The notes beneath the pieces were generated by a model, which was not told where the DNA came from, did no database searches, and saw nothing but the letters and a program-made list of their open reading frames with translations. 64,000 bases of DNA, taken from Lachnospiraceae bacterium. GTDB taxonomy: Bacteria > Bacillota > Clostridia > Lachnospirales > Lachnospiraceae. The stretch is from assembly GCA_051877895.1 (NCBI GenBank), contig JBJEJI010000076.1, forward strand, positions 3,671-67,670. Direction: 5' to 3'. Numbering within the stretch: the first letter of the stretch is position 1; the number at the start of each line of letters is the position of its first letter. A program made the position numbers and the translations under genes. This document shows positions 1 to 11,228 of the stretch, piece by piece.

Positions 1-399
1 GGTAGTATGAAAAATAGCACCGGTTTTTTCAAGATCATCACGAAGTTTAAAAGCATTACTTAAATTTCCGTTATGTGCAAGAGCCATTTTACCTTTTTGA
101 TGGTTTACCTCAATAGGCTGACAGTTTGCACGGTTTGTACCTCCTGTCGTACCATAACGAACATGTCCGACAGCAATGGTTCCCATTGGAAACTTATCAA
201 TAATTTCATTGGTAAAAACTTCCCCTACCAATCCAAGATCTTTGTGGGAAAAGAATAAACCGTCATCATTTACAACAATGCCACAACTTTCCTGTCCTCT
301 GTGTTGCAGTGCATAAAGACCATAATAAACCAGATTGGATACCTTTGCCGGCTTCGGACTGAAAACACCGAATACGCCGCATTCCTCATGTATACCCAT
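1..399 (-). CDS. purF: amidophosphoribosyltransferase (glutamine PRPP amidotransferase), N-terminal 133 codons; the C-terminus lies beyond the window edge
   Basis: My translation of the minus strand from ATG at 399 gives MGIHEECGVFGVFSPKPAKVSNLVYYGLYALQHRGQESCGIVVNDDG...VGHVRYGTTGG...MALAHNGNLSNA. This is a class-II (Ntn) amidotransferase N-terminus with a short propeptide before the catalytic Cys. GGAGG lies just upstream. The frame is open to position 1, so it is absent from the ORF track. Confidence 0.85.
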   Translation of the reverse strand, partial: MGIHEECGVFGVFSPKPAKVSNLVYYGLYALQHRGQESCGIVVNDDGLFFSHKDLGLVGEVFTNEIIDKFPMGTIAVGHVRYGTTGGTNRANCQPIEVNHQKGKMALAHNGNLSNAFKLRDDLEKTGAIFHTT

Positions 400-427
400 A
401 ATTTCCTCCAAATATCCCGATATTAAG

Positions 428-451
428 ACTCGCAAACGCTTCGCTTTTTTG
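428..451 (+). repeat. copy A (core only) of a short dispersed intergenic repeat, ACTCGCRAAYGCTWCGCTTTTTG
   Basis: actcgcaaacgcttcgcttttttg lies between pyrG and purF. The same core recurs at 49026-49062 (+) and 59603-59639 (-). Confidence 0.6.
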
Positions 452-463
452 TCATTGCAGTTT

Positions 464-2071
<1,608 letters not shown>

Positions 2072-2080
2072 TTACTCCTA

Positions 2081-3658
2081 TCAGATTCCACTGTTTCCGT
2101 AGTTTGATAACACTCTTGCTGAAGGATCGTTAACATTACATCCTTCCCATGACTTATTTGGCATCCAGAAATCAACAACCATTTCGGCCTGACCCGGATA
2201 GTATTTTTCAAAAATTTCTCTGTACAGAAGTGATTCCTTTGTAAAAGGCTGTGCATGTGTATATGCCTGTTTCTTTTCTTCAAGCTCACTGTCTGTATAG
2301 TAGTTTTCAGCATATTCCTTCAGATAATCTACCATGGAATGTCCCACAGCATCGGAGAAAGCTGCCTTTTCACGATATAAGATCGATTCCGGAAGATAAT
2401 CTCCCTCGAAAGCTTTACGAAGAAGATATTTGCCCTTATTGTATCGGTTCATCTTCTTTTCAGGATCTACAGCCATAACATATTTCACAAAATCAAGATC
2501 TCCGAAAGGAACTCTTGCTTCCAATGAGTTTACAGAAATACAACGGTCTGCACGAAGAACATCGTACATGTAAAGCTCTTTAATACGCTTTACAGCCTCT
2601 TTCTGGAATTCTTCTGCGTTCGGAGCAAAATCGGTATACTTATAGCCAAAAAGCTCATCGGAAATCTCACCGGTCAGAAGTACTCTGATATCGGTAGTTT
2701 CATGAATAGCCTTACATACAAGATACATACCGATACTGGCACGGATTGTTGTAATATCGTAGGTTCCAAGAATTTTTACAACAGTATCCAAAGCCTCAAT
2801 AACATCTTCCTTTGAAATAATAACCTCGGTGTGGTCACTGCCGATATAATCTGCGACTTCCTTTGCATACTTCAAATCTATTGCATCACCGGACATACCG
2901 ATAGCAAAAGTTTTAATCGGCTCACTGCTTTTCTTGGCAGCAATTGAGCAGACAAGGGAAGAATCAAGACCACCGCTTAACAGAAAACCAACCTTTGCAT
3001 CTGAAACAAGTCTTTTTTCAACACCTGCTACCAGTTTGTCATGAATGTTACTGCAAATAGTATCAAGGTCATCGTGGCAGACCTTATCAACAGCAGTAAT
3101 ATCATTGAAGCATACAAATTCACCGTCTTTGTAATAATATCCCGGAGGGAAAGGCATTATTTTATCTGTCAGACCGACTAAGTTCTTAGCCTCACTGGCA
3201 AAAATAATAACACCGTTTTTATCATATCCATAAAACAGAGGACGTATTCCTATTGGATCACGGGCTGCGATATAACTCTGTGTTTCAGCATCATAAATAA
3301 TACATGCAAACTCAGCATCCAACTTAGAAAACATATCTGTACCATATTCTTTGTAAAGAGGAAGCAGAAGTTCACAGTCCGAGTCACTGACAAAGGTATA
3401 TTTTTTCTCTAACTCTTTTTTAAGTTCTGCAAAACCATATATCTCGCCATTGCAGACTACATAGCTTCCGTCTAATTCGAATGGCTGCATACCATCCGGT
3501 GTAAGTCCCATAATTGCCAGTCTGTGAAATCCAAGCAATCCTTTGCCTGTATCCACAATTCTGCTGTCATCAGGGCCTCTGGAAATAGTGCGGTCAAATC
3601 CTTCCTTAAATAAATCATAAGAAACACCGCTGTCACAATATCCCATAATAGAACACAT
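2081..3658 (-). CDS. asnB: asparagine synthase (glutamine-hydrolysing)
   Basis: 525-aa ORF beginning MC (Cys2 nucleophile), with an SGGLDSS PP-loop motif. GGAGG is 6 nt upstream. Confidence 0.93.
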   Translation of the reverse strand: MCSIMGYCDSGVSYDLFKEGFDRTISRGPDDSRIVDTGKGLLGFHRLAIMGLTPDGMQPFELDGSYVVCNGEIYGFAELKKELEKKYTFVSDSDCELLLPLYKEYGTDMFSKLDAEFACIIYDAETQSYIAARDPIGIRPLFYGYDKNGVIIFASEAKNLVGLTDKIMPFPPGYYYKDGEFVCFNDITAVDKVCHDDLDTICSNIHDKLVAGVEKRLVSDAKVGFLLSGGLDSSLVCSIAAKKSSEPIKTFAIGMSGDAIDLKYAKEVADYIGSDHTEVIISKEDVIEALDTVVKILGTYDITTIRASIGMYLVCKAIHETTDIRVLLTGEISDELFGYKYTDFAPNAEEFQKEAVKRIKELYMYDVLRADRCISVNSLEARVPFGDLDFVKYVMAVDPEKKMNRYNKGKYLLRKAFEGDYLPESILYREKAAFSDAVGHSMVDYLKEYAENYYTDSELEEKKQAYTHAQPFTKESLLYREIFEKYYPGQAEMVVDFWMPNKSWEGCNVNDPSARVLSNYGNSGI

Positions 3659-3727
3659 AATATTCCTCCATTCAGAAGTAAAAATTTTTCAGGTTTATTT
3701 GTTTTTAAAAATAGTCCCGATTACAAT

Positions 3728-3768
3728 ATACTGCCACAAACCACCGGTATAGTGATTTGTGGCAGTAT
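3728..3768 (-). terminator. 13-bp perfect hairpin downstream of glnN (atactgccacaaa...tttgtggcagtat)
   Basis: Inverted repeat seen directly, 16 nt after the glnN stop. The U-tract on the minus strand is poor and the T-tract is on the plus side, so this is a hairpin without a classical tail. Confidence 0.45.
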
Positions 3769-3783
3769 TTTCAGAGTTTTTTC

Positions 3784-5880
3784 TTATCGCACACCAAAGA
3801 GAAGATCACCATATGTTGGGAATGGCCAGTACTTCTCAGCTGTAACTGTTTCAGCTTCATCAGCAATAGCTCTCAGCTCACTCATCTTTACAAGGATGTT
3901 ATCGCGGATGTCGTAGCCTTCTTCTTCAATACCTACAACTTCCTTATGTTTAACGATTACATCTTCCAGTTCATCAATCTTAACTGAAAGCTGGTCAGCA
4001 AGTGCGGAAAGCTTCTTAATCATCTTCTTCTCATAGCCACAAACAATATCAGCATCAACTGCCTTCTTTGCAGCTGCTGTTTTAGCAAGATCGGAAGCAT
4101 ATGCTTCAATAGCAGGAAGAATTTCCTTGCTTGCAATGTCTACCATTGTATTTGCTTCAATAAGAACTGTCTTGCAATAGTTTTCAAGCATAATCTCTGT
4201 TCTGGATTTCAGCTCTGCCTCGGAAAATACCTTGTGGGAGGTAAGCATTTCAACATTCTTCTTATCAAGGAGATGTGGCATGCAATCCGGTGTAGTACGG
4301 TAATTGCTTAAACCTCTTACCTCTGTTGCTTCTTTAATCCATGCATCATCATAACCATTTCCGTTGAAGATAATTCTCTTGTGGTCTTTAATTGTTCTCT
4401 TAATAAGTGCATGGACTGCTTCGTTGAAATCAGCACTTCCTTCAAGTTCATCAGCAAACTGTTTTAAGGATTCTGCAACCGCACTGTTAAGCATCATGTT
4501 TGCACATGCAATACTGTTGGAAGAACCAAGCATTCTGAACTCGAACTTGTTACCTGTGAAAGCAAACGGTGATGTACGGTTACGGTCGGTAGTGTCACGG
4601 AAGAATTTTGGAAGGACATCTACGCCAAAGAGCATCTGCTCTTTTTCTGCCGCACTGTATTCACTGTCAGTTTCGATTGCATCAAGAATAGCTGTAAGCT
4701 CATCTCCAAGGAAGATGGATATAACTGCAGGAGGTGCTTCATTTGCTCCAAGACGATGGTCATTTCCTGCTGTAGCAACGGAAAGACGAAGCAGATCCTG
4801 ATAATCATCTACTGCTTTAATTACTGCACAAAGGAATAAAAGGAACTGTGCGTTTTCATATGGTGTATCACCAGGTGTTAAAAGGTTTACACCTGTATCT
4901 GTAGCAATAGACCAGTTGTTGTGCTTACCGGAACCGTTAACTCCTGCAAATGGCTTTTCATGAAGGAGACAAACAAGTCCATGCTTTGTAGCAACCTTCT
5001 GCATGATTTCCATTGTAAGCTGGTTATGGTCTGTTGCAATATTTGTTGTGGAATAAATTGGTGCCAACTCATGCTGTGCAGGAGCAACTTCGTTGTGCTC
5101 AGTCTTAGCAAGAATTCCAAGCTTCCATAATTCGTCATTTAAGTCAGCCATGTAAGCTGCTACTCTTGGCTTAATTACACCAAAGTAATGGTCATCCATT
5201 TCCTGACCCTTTGGAGGCTTTGCACCGAATAATGTACGTCCTGTGTAAATTAAATCCTTACGCTTGTTGTACATTTCTCTGTCAACCAGGAAGTATTCCT
5301 GTTCAGGACCTACGGAAGTACGTACGCATTTAACGGAATCATTTCCGAATAATTTTAAAATTCTCATTGCCTGACGATTCAGAGCTTCCATGGAACGAAG
5401 AAGCGGGGTCTTCTTATCAAGTGCTTCACCGCTGTAGGAACCGAATGCTGTAGGAATGCAAAGTGTCTTTCCTTTAATAAATGCATAAGAGGTAGGATCC
5501 CATGCTGTATAACCTCTTGCCTCAAATGTTGCTCTGAGACCACCGGATGGGAATGAAGATGCATCAGGCTCACCCTGAATTAATTCCTTGCCGGAGAACT
5601 CCATGATTACGCTTCCGTCCGGAGCCGGTGAAATAAAGCTGTCGTGCTTTTCTGCAGTAATACCTGTCAACGGCTGGAACCAATGTGTATAATGTGTGGC
5701 TCCATTCTCAATTGCCCAGTCTTTCATTGCTGAAGCAACTGCATTTGCAACAGACGGATCAAGCTGAGCTCCTTCATCAATTGTTTTCTTTAATGAGTTG
5801 TAGACCTTAGCCGAAAGGCGGGACTTCATTACTCTGTCATCAAAAACCAAGCTGCCGAAATAATCAGATACTGTTTCCAT
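3784..5880 (-). CDS. glnN: glutamine synthetase, type III
   Basis: 698-aa ORF. The length and the N-terminus ([22 protein letters not shown]...[11 protein letters not shown]) are typical of GSIII. AAGGAG RBS is present. Confidence 0.9.
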   Translation of the reverse strand: METVSDYFGSLVFDDRVMKSRLSAKVYNSLKKTIDEGAQLDPSVANAVASAMKDWAIENGATHYTHWFQPLTGITAEKHDSFISPAPDGSVIMEFSGKELIQGEPDASSFPSGGLRATFEARGYTAWDPTSYAFIKGKTLCIPTAFGSYSGEALDKKTPLLRSMEALNRQAMRILKLFGNDSVKCVRTSVGPEQEYFLVDREMYNKRKDLIYTGRTLFGAKPPKGQEMDDHYFGVIKPRVAAYMADLNDELWKLGILAKTEHNEVAPAQHELAPIYSTTNIATDHNQLTMEIMQKVATKHGLVCLLHEKPFAGVNGSGKHNNWSIATDTGVNLLTPGDTPYENAQFLLFLCAVIKAVDDYQDLLRLSVATAGNDHRLGANEAPPAVISIFLGDELTAILDAIETDSEYSAAEKEQMLFGVDVLPKFFRDTTDRNRTSPFAFTGNKFEFRMLGSSNSIACANMMLNSAVAESLKQFADELEGSADFNEAVHALIKRTIKDHKRIIFNGNGYDDAWIKEATEVRGLSNYRTTPDCMPHLLDKKNVEMLTSHKVFSEAELKSRTEIMLENYCKTVLIEANTMVDIASKEILPAIEAYASDLAKTAAAKKAVDADIVCGYEKKMIKKLSALADQLSVKIDELEDVIVKHKEVVGIEEEGYDIRDNILVKMSELRAIADEAETVTAEKYWPFPTYGDLLFGVR

Positions 5881-5930
5881 AAAAAATCTCCTTTTCGTTA
5901 ATGAAATATTTTTTTCGGGAAATAAAAAAA

Positions 5931-5976
5931 GGCAAAAACGTCAAAGAGGCTATAACCTCTAAGACATCTTTGCCTT
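5931..5976 (-). promoter_or_regulatory. glnN leader: intrinsic terminator with an overlapping 5-bp/hexaloop antiterminator hairpin (AAGGC-AAAGAU-GUCUU)
   Basis: The minus-strand RNA ggcaaagaugucuu-agagguuauagccucu-uugacguuuuugcc followed by U7 lies between the promoter and the RBS. The small 5' hairpin uses the same bases as the lower terminator stem. Confidence 0.6.
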
Positions 5977-5986
5977 ATTGCCGATA

Positions 5987-6015
5987 ATTTTAAACCTTGT
6001 TCAAGCATTTGTCAA
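5987..6015 (-). promoter_or_regulatory. sigma-A type promoter of glnN (TTGACA-17-TAAAAT)
   Basis: Minus strand reads ttgacaaatgcttgaacaaggtttaaaat. The hexamers and the 17-nt spacer were read directly. Confidence 0.6.
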
Positions 6016-6049
6016 CAGAAAGATTTAATTTTTTTACAAGCAGATAACT

Positions 6050-6514
6050 TTATTGCTCCAAAATAAACTCTCTCTCCCCCCAAACAATGAGGTTATCAAC
6101 CGGATTATATTCCATTGTTACTGCGAGAAATTCTCCGTCAAACTCAACAATACGAATTTTTATCACATCACCTTTTTGAGTTACCTCAAAAACATAAGGA
6201 GTAGACAAAACTTCTCGTGCATTTTTAAGATAGGAATTTCGCTCTTCTAATGTATCATCCGGAAAATCCACAGATCTAATTTCTTCTAATGCCTCAACCA
6301 TCAACTCAATATCCGCATTTGATACATCAATCAAATCCTCAGATAAAATTTCCAAAAAAGGGTTTTCAGTATTTCCGTCCTGATAATACCGTCCTATTTC
6401 GACGTTGTTTTCCTTTTTTTCAACATTTTTTTCTTCTTTTGTCTCACTACTACATGCCACTAAAACAAGACACGATAAAAAACAAACAATCAGAAAAACA
6501 TTTCTTTTTTTCAT
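6050..6514 (-). CDS. hypothetical lipoprotein
   Basis: 154-aa ORF with signal peptide MKKRNVFLIVCFLSCLVLVAC (lipobox LVAC). AGGAG RBS is present. I recognise no family. Confidence 0.75.
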   Translation of the reverse strand: MKKRNVFLIVCFLSCLVLVACSSETKEEKNVEKKENNVEIGRYYQDGNTENPFLEILSEDLIDVSNADIELMVEALEEIRSVDFPDDTLEERNSYLKNAREVLSTPYVFEVTQKGDVIKIRIVEFDGEFLAVTMEYNPVDNLIVWGEREFILEQ

Positions 6515-6544
6515 AAGCTATCTCCTGTTTTACTTGTTTACCTG

Positions 6545-6616
6545 TATATCTTACTTGATATCTTACTTGATATCTTACTTGTATATCTAACTTGTATATC
6601 TTACTTGTATATCTTC
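6545..6616. repeat. tandem repeat, about 5.7 copies of a 12/13-bp unit (T)ATATCTTACTTG
   Basis: tatatcttacttg atatcttacttg atatcttacttg tatatctaacttg tatatcttacttg tatatcttc. It starts about 30 nt upstream of the lipoprotein ATG, in the divergent intergenic region. Confidence 0.9.
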
Positions 6617-6731
6617 AAATCAATAATTAATATTTTAAATCTTAAATTTTATTTTACACAAGACTTATAAACCATGTCAATCTTTATATACAGTAAAGCA
6701 ATATAATCTCGCGATTATACGAAAACATACA

Positions 6732-6761
6732 TTGACAAGATTGTACATTATGTGCTATAAT
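6732..6761 (+). promoter_or_regulatory. promoter of the glutamate synthase operon (TTGACA-18-TGcTATAAT, extended -10)
   Basis: attgacaagattgtacattatgtgctataat was read directly. Confidence 0.65.
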
Positions 6762-6770
6762 GCGGTCTAA

Positions 6771-6835
6771 ATGAGCAAAGACGTTCATTCAGTAGGGAAG
6801 TTTCGCCTTCCTTAGTGAATGGGCGTCTTTTTTTC
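6771..6835 (+). promoter_or_regulatory. glt operon leader: long intrinsic terminator with an overlapping 6-bp/hexaloop antiterminator hairpin (AUGAGC-AAAGAC-GUUCAU)
   Basis: aaagacgttcattca (6777-6791) pairs continuously with tgaatgggcgtcttt (6816-6830). An apical hairpin agggaag-tttcgc-cttcctt sits on top, and T7 follows. The 5' hairpin at 6771-6788 competes with the lower stem. Confidence 0.65.
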
Positions 6836-6942
6836 ATGCCACGGGATGCTGGTATTTCCCGGATATAGAAACAGAAATACACTGAAAGGGATAGGTAGTG
6901 TGATATTCACTTCCGTATATCACTTCGGAATGGAGGAAAACA

Positions 6943-8034
6943 ATGAAATTAGAAGGTCAAATTCGTATTCCGTCCGGCTGTGCAATAGCGGCTGTTATTT
7001 CCCGCGAAGGGAAGAAAATGACGGGCGAATCAATCATCAACGGCATGAAGCCTATGCATGATCGTTCCAACGGTCTTGGAGGCGGCTTTGCAGGATACGG
7101 AATTTATCCTGAATACAAAGAACTGTATGCATTGCACCTCTTTTATAATGACAATGTATGCCGCAGTACCTGCGAACAGTTTTTAAAGGAAGCTTTTGAA
7201 GTAGTAAAGGCGGAAATTATTCCAACCCGTAAAATTGCAGCCATTACCGACGAACCGCTTATCTGGAGATATTTTGTTACTCCTCTCCGTTCTGTGCTTG
7301 CTTCCATGCAGCTGGACGAGAAGGAATATGTTGCAAGAACAGTAATGAAAATCAACACGGATATTAAGGGTGCGTATGTATTTTCCAGCGGGAAAAATAT
7401 GGGTGCATTCAAGGCAGTTGGTTTTCCTGAGGATGTAGGTGTGTTCTACAAGCTTGATGAATACGAAGGCTACTCCTGGACGGCACACGGACGTTATCCA
7501 ACCAACACACCGGGCTGGTGGGGAGGTGCCCATCCGTTCACACTGCTTGATTACTCCATTGTTCATAACGGTGAAATATCATCTTATGACGCCAACAGAC
7601 GTTTTATCGAAATGTTCGGATATAAATGTACTCTGCAGACAGATACAGAAGTTATTGCTTACATTTGTGACTATCTGCTTCGCAGACAGGGTCTTACCCT
7701 CGAAGAGACAGCATCTGTAATCGCTGCTCCTTTCTGGAGCACCATCAACCATATGAGCGATGCGGACCGCGAAAAGATGACTTATCTCAGAACCGTGTAT
7801 TCCAGCATGCTCGTAACCGGTCCTTTCTCCATCGTTTTAGGCTTTAACGGCGGATTGATGGCATTAAACGACAGGTTAAAGCTTCGTTCCATGGTTGTAG
7901 CAGAGAAAGACGACAAAGTATTTATTGCTAGTGAAGAATCTGCAATCAGAACTATGGAGCCAAATGCTGAAAATGTCTATGCTCCTGCCGGTGGAGAACC
8001 GGTAATTGTCAGACTGAAGGAGGGTACATACTAA
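6943..8034 (+). CDS. class-II glutamine amidotransferase subunit of a split (archaeal-type) glutamate synthase
   Basis: 363-aa ORF. The candidate catalytic Cys lies in PSGC-AIAAV after a 12-residue leader, and an HNGEISSY motif is present. GGAGG RBS. First gene of a tightly packed 5-gene operon. Confidence 0.85.
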   Translation: MKLEGQIRIPSGCAIAAVISREGKKMTGESIINGMKPMHDRSNGLGGGFAGYGIYPEYKELYALHLFYNDNVCRSTCEQFLKEAFEVVKAEIIPTRKIAAITDEPLIWRYFVTPLRSVLASMQLDEKEYVARTVMKINTDIKGAYVFSSGKNMGAFKAVGFPEDVGVFYKLDEYEGYSWTAHGRYPTNTPGWWGGAHPFTLLDYSIVHNGEISSYDANRRFIEMFGYKCTLQTDTEVIAYICDYLLRRQGLTLEETASVIAAPFWSTINHMSDADREKMTYLRTVYSSMLVTGPFSIVLGFNGGLMALNDRLKLRSMVVAEKDDKVFIASEESAIRTMEPNAENVYAPAGGEPVIVRLKEGTY

Positions 8035-9539
8035 TGGGTGTAAATTATATTTATCCGGAGTTTGAGGTTGTCAGAAATGACAGCCGCTGCATCCGATGCA
8101 GAGTCTGCGAAAGACAATGTGCAAATGAAGTACATAAATACGATGAAGACGGTCATGTTCTCTACAGTGACGAGTCCAAATGCGTAAACTGCCAGAGATG
8201 CGTATCCCTCTGCCCTACCCATGCACTTAAAATTATTAAAAGTGACTGTGCACTCAGAGAAAACGCCAACTGGTCCAATGAAACAATTAAAGAAATTTAC
8301 AAACAGGCAAACAGCGGTGGTGTTCTGCTTTCTTCAATGGGTAATCCAAAACCGCTTCCTGTTTACTGGGATAAAATTCTGATTAATGCTTCTCAGGTTA
8401 CCAACCCTTCCATCGATCCTCTTCGTGAGCCAATGGAAACAAAGGTATTCCTCGGAAAGAAGCCATCTGATGTTAAACGTGATGAAAACGGCAACATGAT
8501 ATGCAATCTGCCTCCTCAGCTGGAGCTTTCCATGCCTGTTATGTTCTCCGCAATGAGTTATGGTTCAATCAGTTATAATGCACACAAGAGTCTTGCCTGT
8601 GCTTCCAAAGAACTTGGAATCTACTATAACACAGGTGAAGGCGGTCTCCATGAAGATTTCTACTGTTACGGCGAAAATACAATAGTTCAGGTGGCATCGG
8701 GACGTTTCGGCGTTCACAAAGACTACCTTGAAGCCGGTGCGGCAGTTGAAATAAAAATGGGTCAGGGTGCCAAGCCGGGTATCGGCGGACACCTGCCGGG
8801 TGCTAAAATCGTTGGTGACGTATCTAAAACAAGAATGATACCTGAGGGCTCTGATGCAATTTCCCCTGCCCCTCACCATGACATTTATTCTATTGAAGAT
8901 TTACGACAGCTTGTATTCTCTTTAAAGGAAGCAACAGAATACAAAAAACCGGTTATCGTTAAAGTTGCTGCCGTTCACAATATTGCTGCCATTGCAAGCG
9001 GTATTGCACGAAGCGGTGCAGATATTATTGCCATTGATGGTTTCAGAGGCGGTACCGGTGCTGCTCCTACCAGAATACGTGATAATGTTGGTATTCCGAT
9101 TGAGCTTGCCCTTGCAGCAGTTGATCAGCGTCTTAGAGACGAGGGAATACGTAATAATGTTTCTCTTGTTGTGGGAGGTAGTATCAGAAGTGCTGCAGAT
9201 GTTGTAAAAGCAGTTGCTCTCGGTGCAGATGCATGTTATATTGCTACCGCAGCTGTTCTTGCTCTGGGCTGTCACTTATGCCGTACCTGCCAGACCGGTA
9301 AATGTAACTGGGGTATTGCTACCCAGCGTCCGGAACTGGTAAAGAGACTGAATCCTGAAATCGGAACTCAGAGGCTTGTAAACCTTATGACTGCATGGCA
9401 GCATGAAATTAAAGAGCTTATGGGTGGTATGGGTATTAACTCGATTGAAGCGCTGCGTGGTAACCGAAAGATGCTTCGTGGTGTAGGATTAACTGGAAAG
9501 GAGCTTGAGATTCTCGGTATCTCACACGCAGGAGAATGA
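8034..9539 (+). CDS. FMN-binding glutamate synthase family protein with an N-terminal 2x[4Fe-4S] ferredoxin domain
   Basis: 501 aa with CIRCRVCERQC and CVNCQRCVSLCP clusters and KMGQGAKPGIGGHLPG. TAATG overlap with the upstream gene. Confidence 0.9.
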   Translation: MGVNYIYPEFEVVRNDSRCIRCRVCERQCANEVHKYDEDGHVLYSDESKCVNCQRCVSLCPTHALKIIKSDCALRENANWSNETIKEIYKQANSGGVLLSSMGNPKPLPVYWDKILINASQVTNPSIDPLREPMETKVFLGKKPSDVKRDENGNMICNLPPQLELSMPVMFSAMSYGSISYNAHKSLACASKELGIYYNTGEGGLHEDFYCYGENTIVQVASGRFGVHKDYLEAGAAVEIKMGQGAKPGIGGHLPGAKIVGDVSKTRMIPEGSDAISPAPHHDIYSIEDLRQLVFSLKEATEYKKPVIVKVAAVHNIAAIASGIARSGADIIAIDGFRGGTGAAPTRIRDNVGIPIELALAAVDQRLRDEGIRNNVSLVVGGSIRSAADVVKAVALGADACYIATAAVLALGCHLCRTCQTGKCNWGIATQRPELVKRLNPEIGTQRLVNLMTAWQHEIKELMGGMGINSIEALRGNRKMLRGVGLTGKELEILGISHAGE

Positions 9540-9964
9540 AAAAAGTATATGCTGACGAAAAATGGTGCTTAGGCTGCCATTTATGTGAATATAACTGTGC
9601 CTTTGCAAATTCCGGACTGGACAATATGGTTAAGGCACTTAAAGACAAGACCATCTATCCACGAATCAGAGTGGAAGACACCGGGAAAATCACCTATGCA
9701 GTGTCGTGCAGACACTGTGACGATCCGCTTTGCGTAAAAAGCTGTATTTCCGGTGCACTTACCAGAAAAGACGGTGTTATGACCATAGATCACAATAAAT
9801 GTGTGGGCTGTCTCACCTGTATTCTTGTCTGCCCTTACGGTGCTGTAGCCCAGGGTCCTGAAGGTGTTGTTCAGAAATGTGAACTCTGTCTGCAGAATTC
9901 CTGCGGTTCACCTGCCTGTGTACAGGGCTGTCCGAATAAAGCACTGGTTTACGAAGAAAGATAA
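9536..9964 (+). CDS. 4Fe-4S dicluster ferredoxin-domain protein
   Basis: 142 aa with CLGCHLCEYNC, CVGCLTCILVCP and further Cys clusters. ATGA overlap with the upstream gene. Confidence 0.85.
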   Translation: MKKVYADEKWCLGCHLCEYNCAFANSGLDNMVKALKDKTIYPRIRVEDTGKITYAVSCRHCDDPLCVKSCISGALTRKDGVMTIDHNKCVGCLTCILVCPYGAVAQGPEGVVQKCELCLQNSCGSPACVQGCPNKALVYEER

Positions 9965-9979
9965 TGGGGAGGGAAAAAA

Positions 9980-11227
9980 ATGAAAAAATATGTGATTATC
10001 GGTAACGGTGTTGCTGCTACCGGTTGCATTGAAGGCATACGCAGTGTTGAACACGAATCCGATATAACCGTTATTTCCGCAGAAAACTATCCTGTTTACT
10101 GCCGTCCGTTAATCTCCTATTATCTTGAAGATAAAACGGATTTGGAAAAAATGAAATACAGACCGGACAACTTTTATGAAGAAAATGGCTGTACCGTATT
10201 GTATGGAAGAAAGGCTGAAAAAATTGATGCTGCTTCCCATACTGTTACTCTGGACGACGGAACTGCTCTTCCATATGACAGTATATGCGTGGCTGCAGGT
10301 TCTTCTCCTTTTGTTCCGCCTTTTGCAGGTCTCGATACCGTTGAAAAGAAATATTCATTTATGACAATTGATGATACCCTTGCACTCGAAAAGGCAATCA
10401 GTAAAGATTCCAGAGTATTAATCGTGGGTGCAGGTCTTATCGGTCTTAAGTGTGCCGAAGGTATTGCTGAAAAGGTTAAAAGCATTACAGTATGTGACCT
10501 TGCAGAAAGAGTTCTCTCCAGTATTATGGATGACGAATGTGCTGCAATCATGCAGAGAAAGCTGGAGGAGCACAATATAAGCTTTATGCTGGGAGACAGT
10601 GCAGATAAGTTTGATAAGAACGTTGCATATATGAAGAGCGGCAGACAGGTTGAGTTTGATGTTCTTGTATTGGCTGTGGGTGTTCGTGCAAACACTTCTC
10701 TCATTAAAGATCTGGGTGGAAATGTTAACAGAGGTATTGTTGTAAACGACAAAATGGAGACTTCTGTAGAAAACATTTATTCTGCCGGAGACTGTACTGA
10801 AGGCTTTGATTCTTCCTTCGGTCAGAACAGGGTTCTTGCAATCCTTCCTAATGCCTATATGCAGGGTCATTGTGCAGGTGTAAACATGGCTGGTGGTGAG
10901 GAAGCCTTTGACAATGCCATTCCAATGAACTCTATCGGATTCTTTGGACTCCATGCAATGACCGCCGGCACCTACTACGGACCTGATGCAGGCGGAGAAC
11001 TTTACGAAGAGAAAGGTGAAAACAGCATTAAACGTCTCTTTACCAAAGATGGTCTGCTTACAGGCTTTATGATTATCGGAGATGTTGCCTGTGCCGGAAT
11101 TTATACTTCAATGATTCGTGAGAAAACACCTCTTGATACTGTTGATTATGAATTGCTCAAGAAAAAACCTAGTCTTGTGCCATTTTCTCAAAAATATCGT
11201 TCAAATAAGCTGGGAGGTGTGATATAA
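9980..11227 (+). CDS. FAD/NAD(P)-dependent pyridine nucleotide-disulfide oxidoreductase (electron-input subunit)
   Basis: 415 aa with Rossmann motifs VIIGNGVAATG and VLIVGAGLIGLKCAE. GGGAGG RBS. Confidence 0.85.
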   Translation: MKKYVIIGNGVAATGCIEGIRSVEHESDITVISAENYPVYCRPLISYYLEDKTDLEKMKYRPDNFYEENGCTVLYGRKAEKIDAASHTVTLDDGTALPYDSICVAAGSSPFVPPFAGLDTVEKKYSFMTIDDTLALEKAISKDSRVLIVGAGLIGLKCAEGIAEKVKSITVCDLAERVLSSIMDDECAAIMQRKLEEHNISFMLGDSADKFDKNVAYMKSGRQVEFDVLVLAVGVRANTSLIKDLGGNVNRGIVVNDKMETSVENIYSAGDCTEGFDSSFGQNRVLAILPNAYMQGHCAGVNMAGGEEAFDNAIPMNSIGFFGLHAMTAGTYYGPDAGGELYEEKGENSIKRLFTKDGLLTGFMIIGDVACAGIYTSMIREKTPLDTVDYELLKKKPSLVPFSQKYRSNKLGGVI

Positions 11228-11228
11228 T

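Noticed and set aside
5980-6030. Search for TnrA/GlnR boxes (TGTNAN7TNACA) at the glnN and glt promoters
   Set aside because: No 17-bp match could be aligned by eye at either promoter. Antitermination leaders explain the regulation better.
6405-6590. 61-aa plus-strand ORF ending in repeated SYLISYLISYL
   Set aside because: It is a translation artefact of the 12/13-bp tandem repeat and lies antisense to the lipoprotein gene start. It has no RBS.
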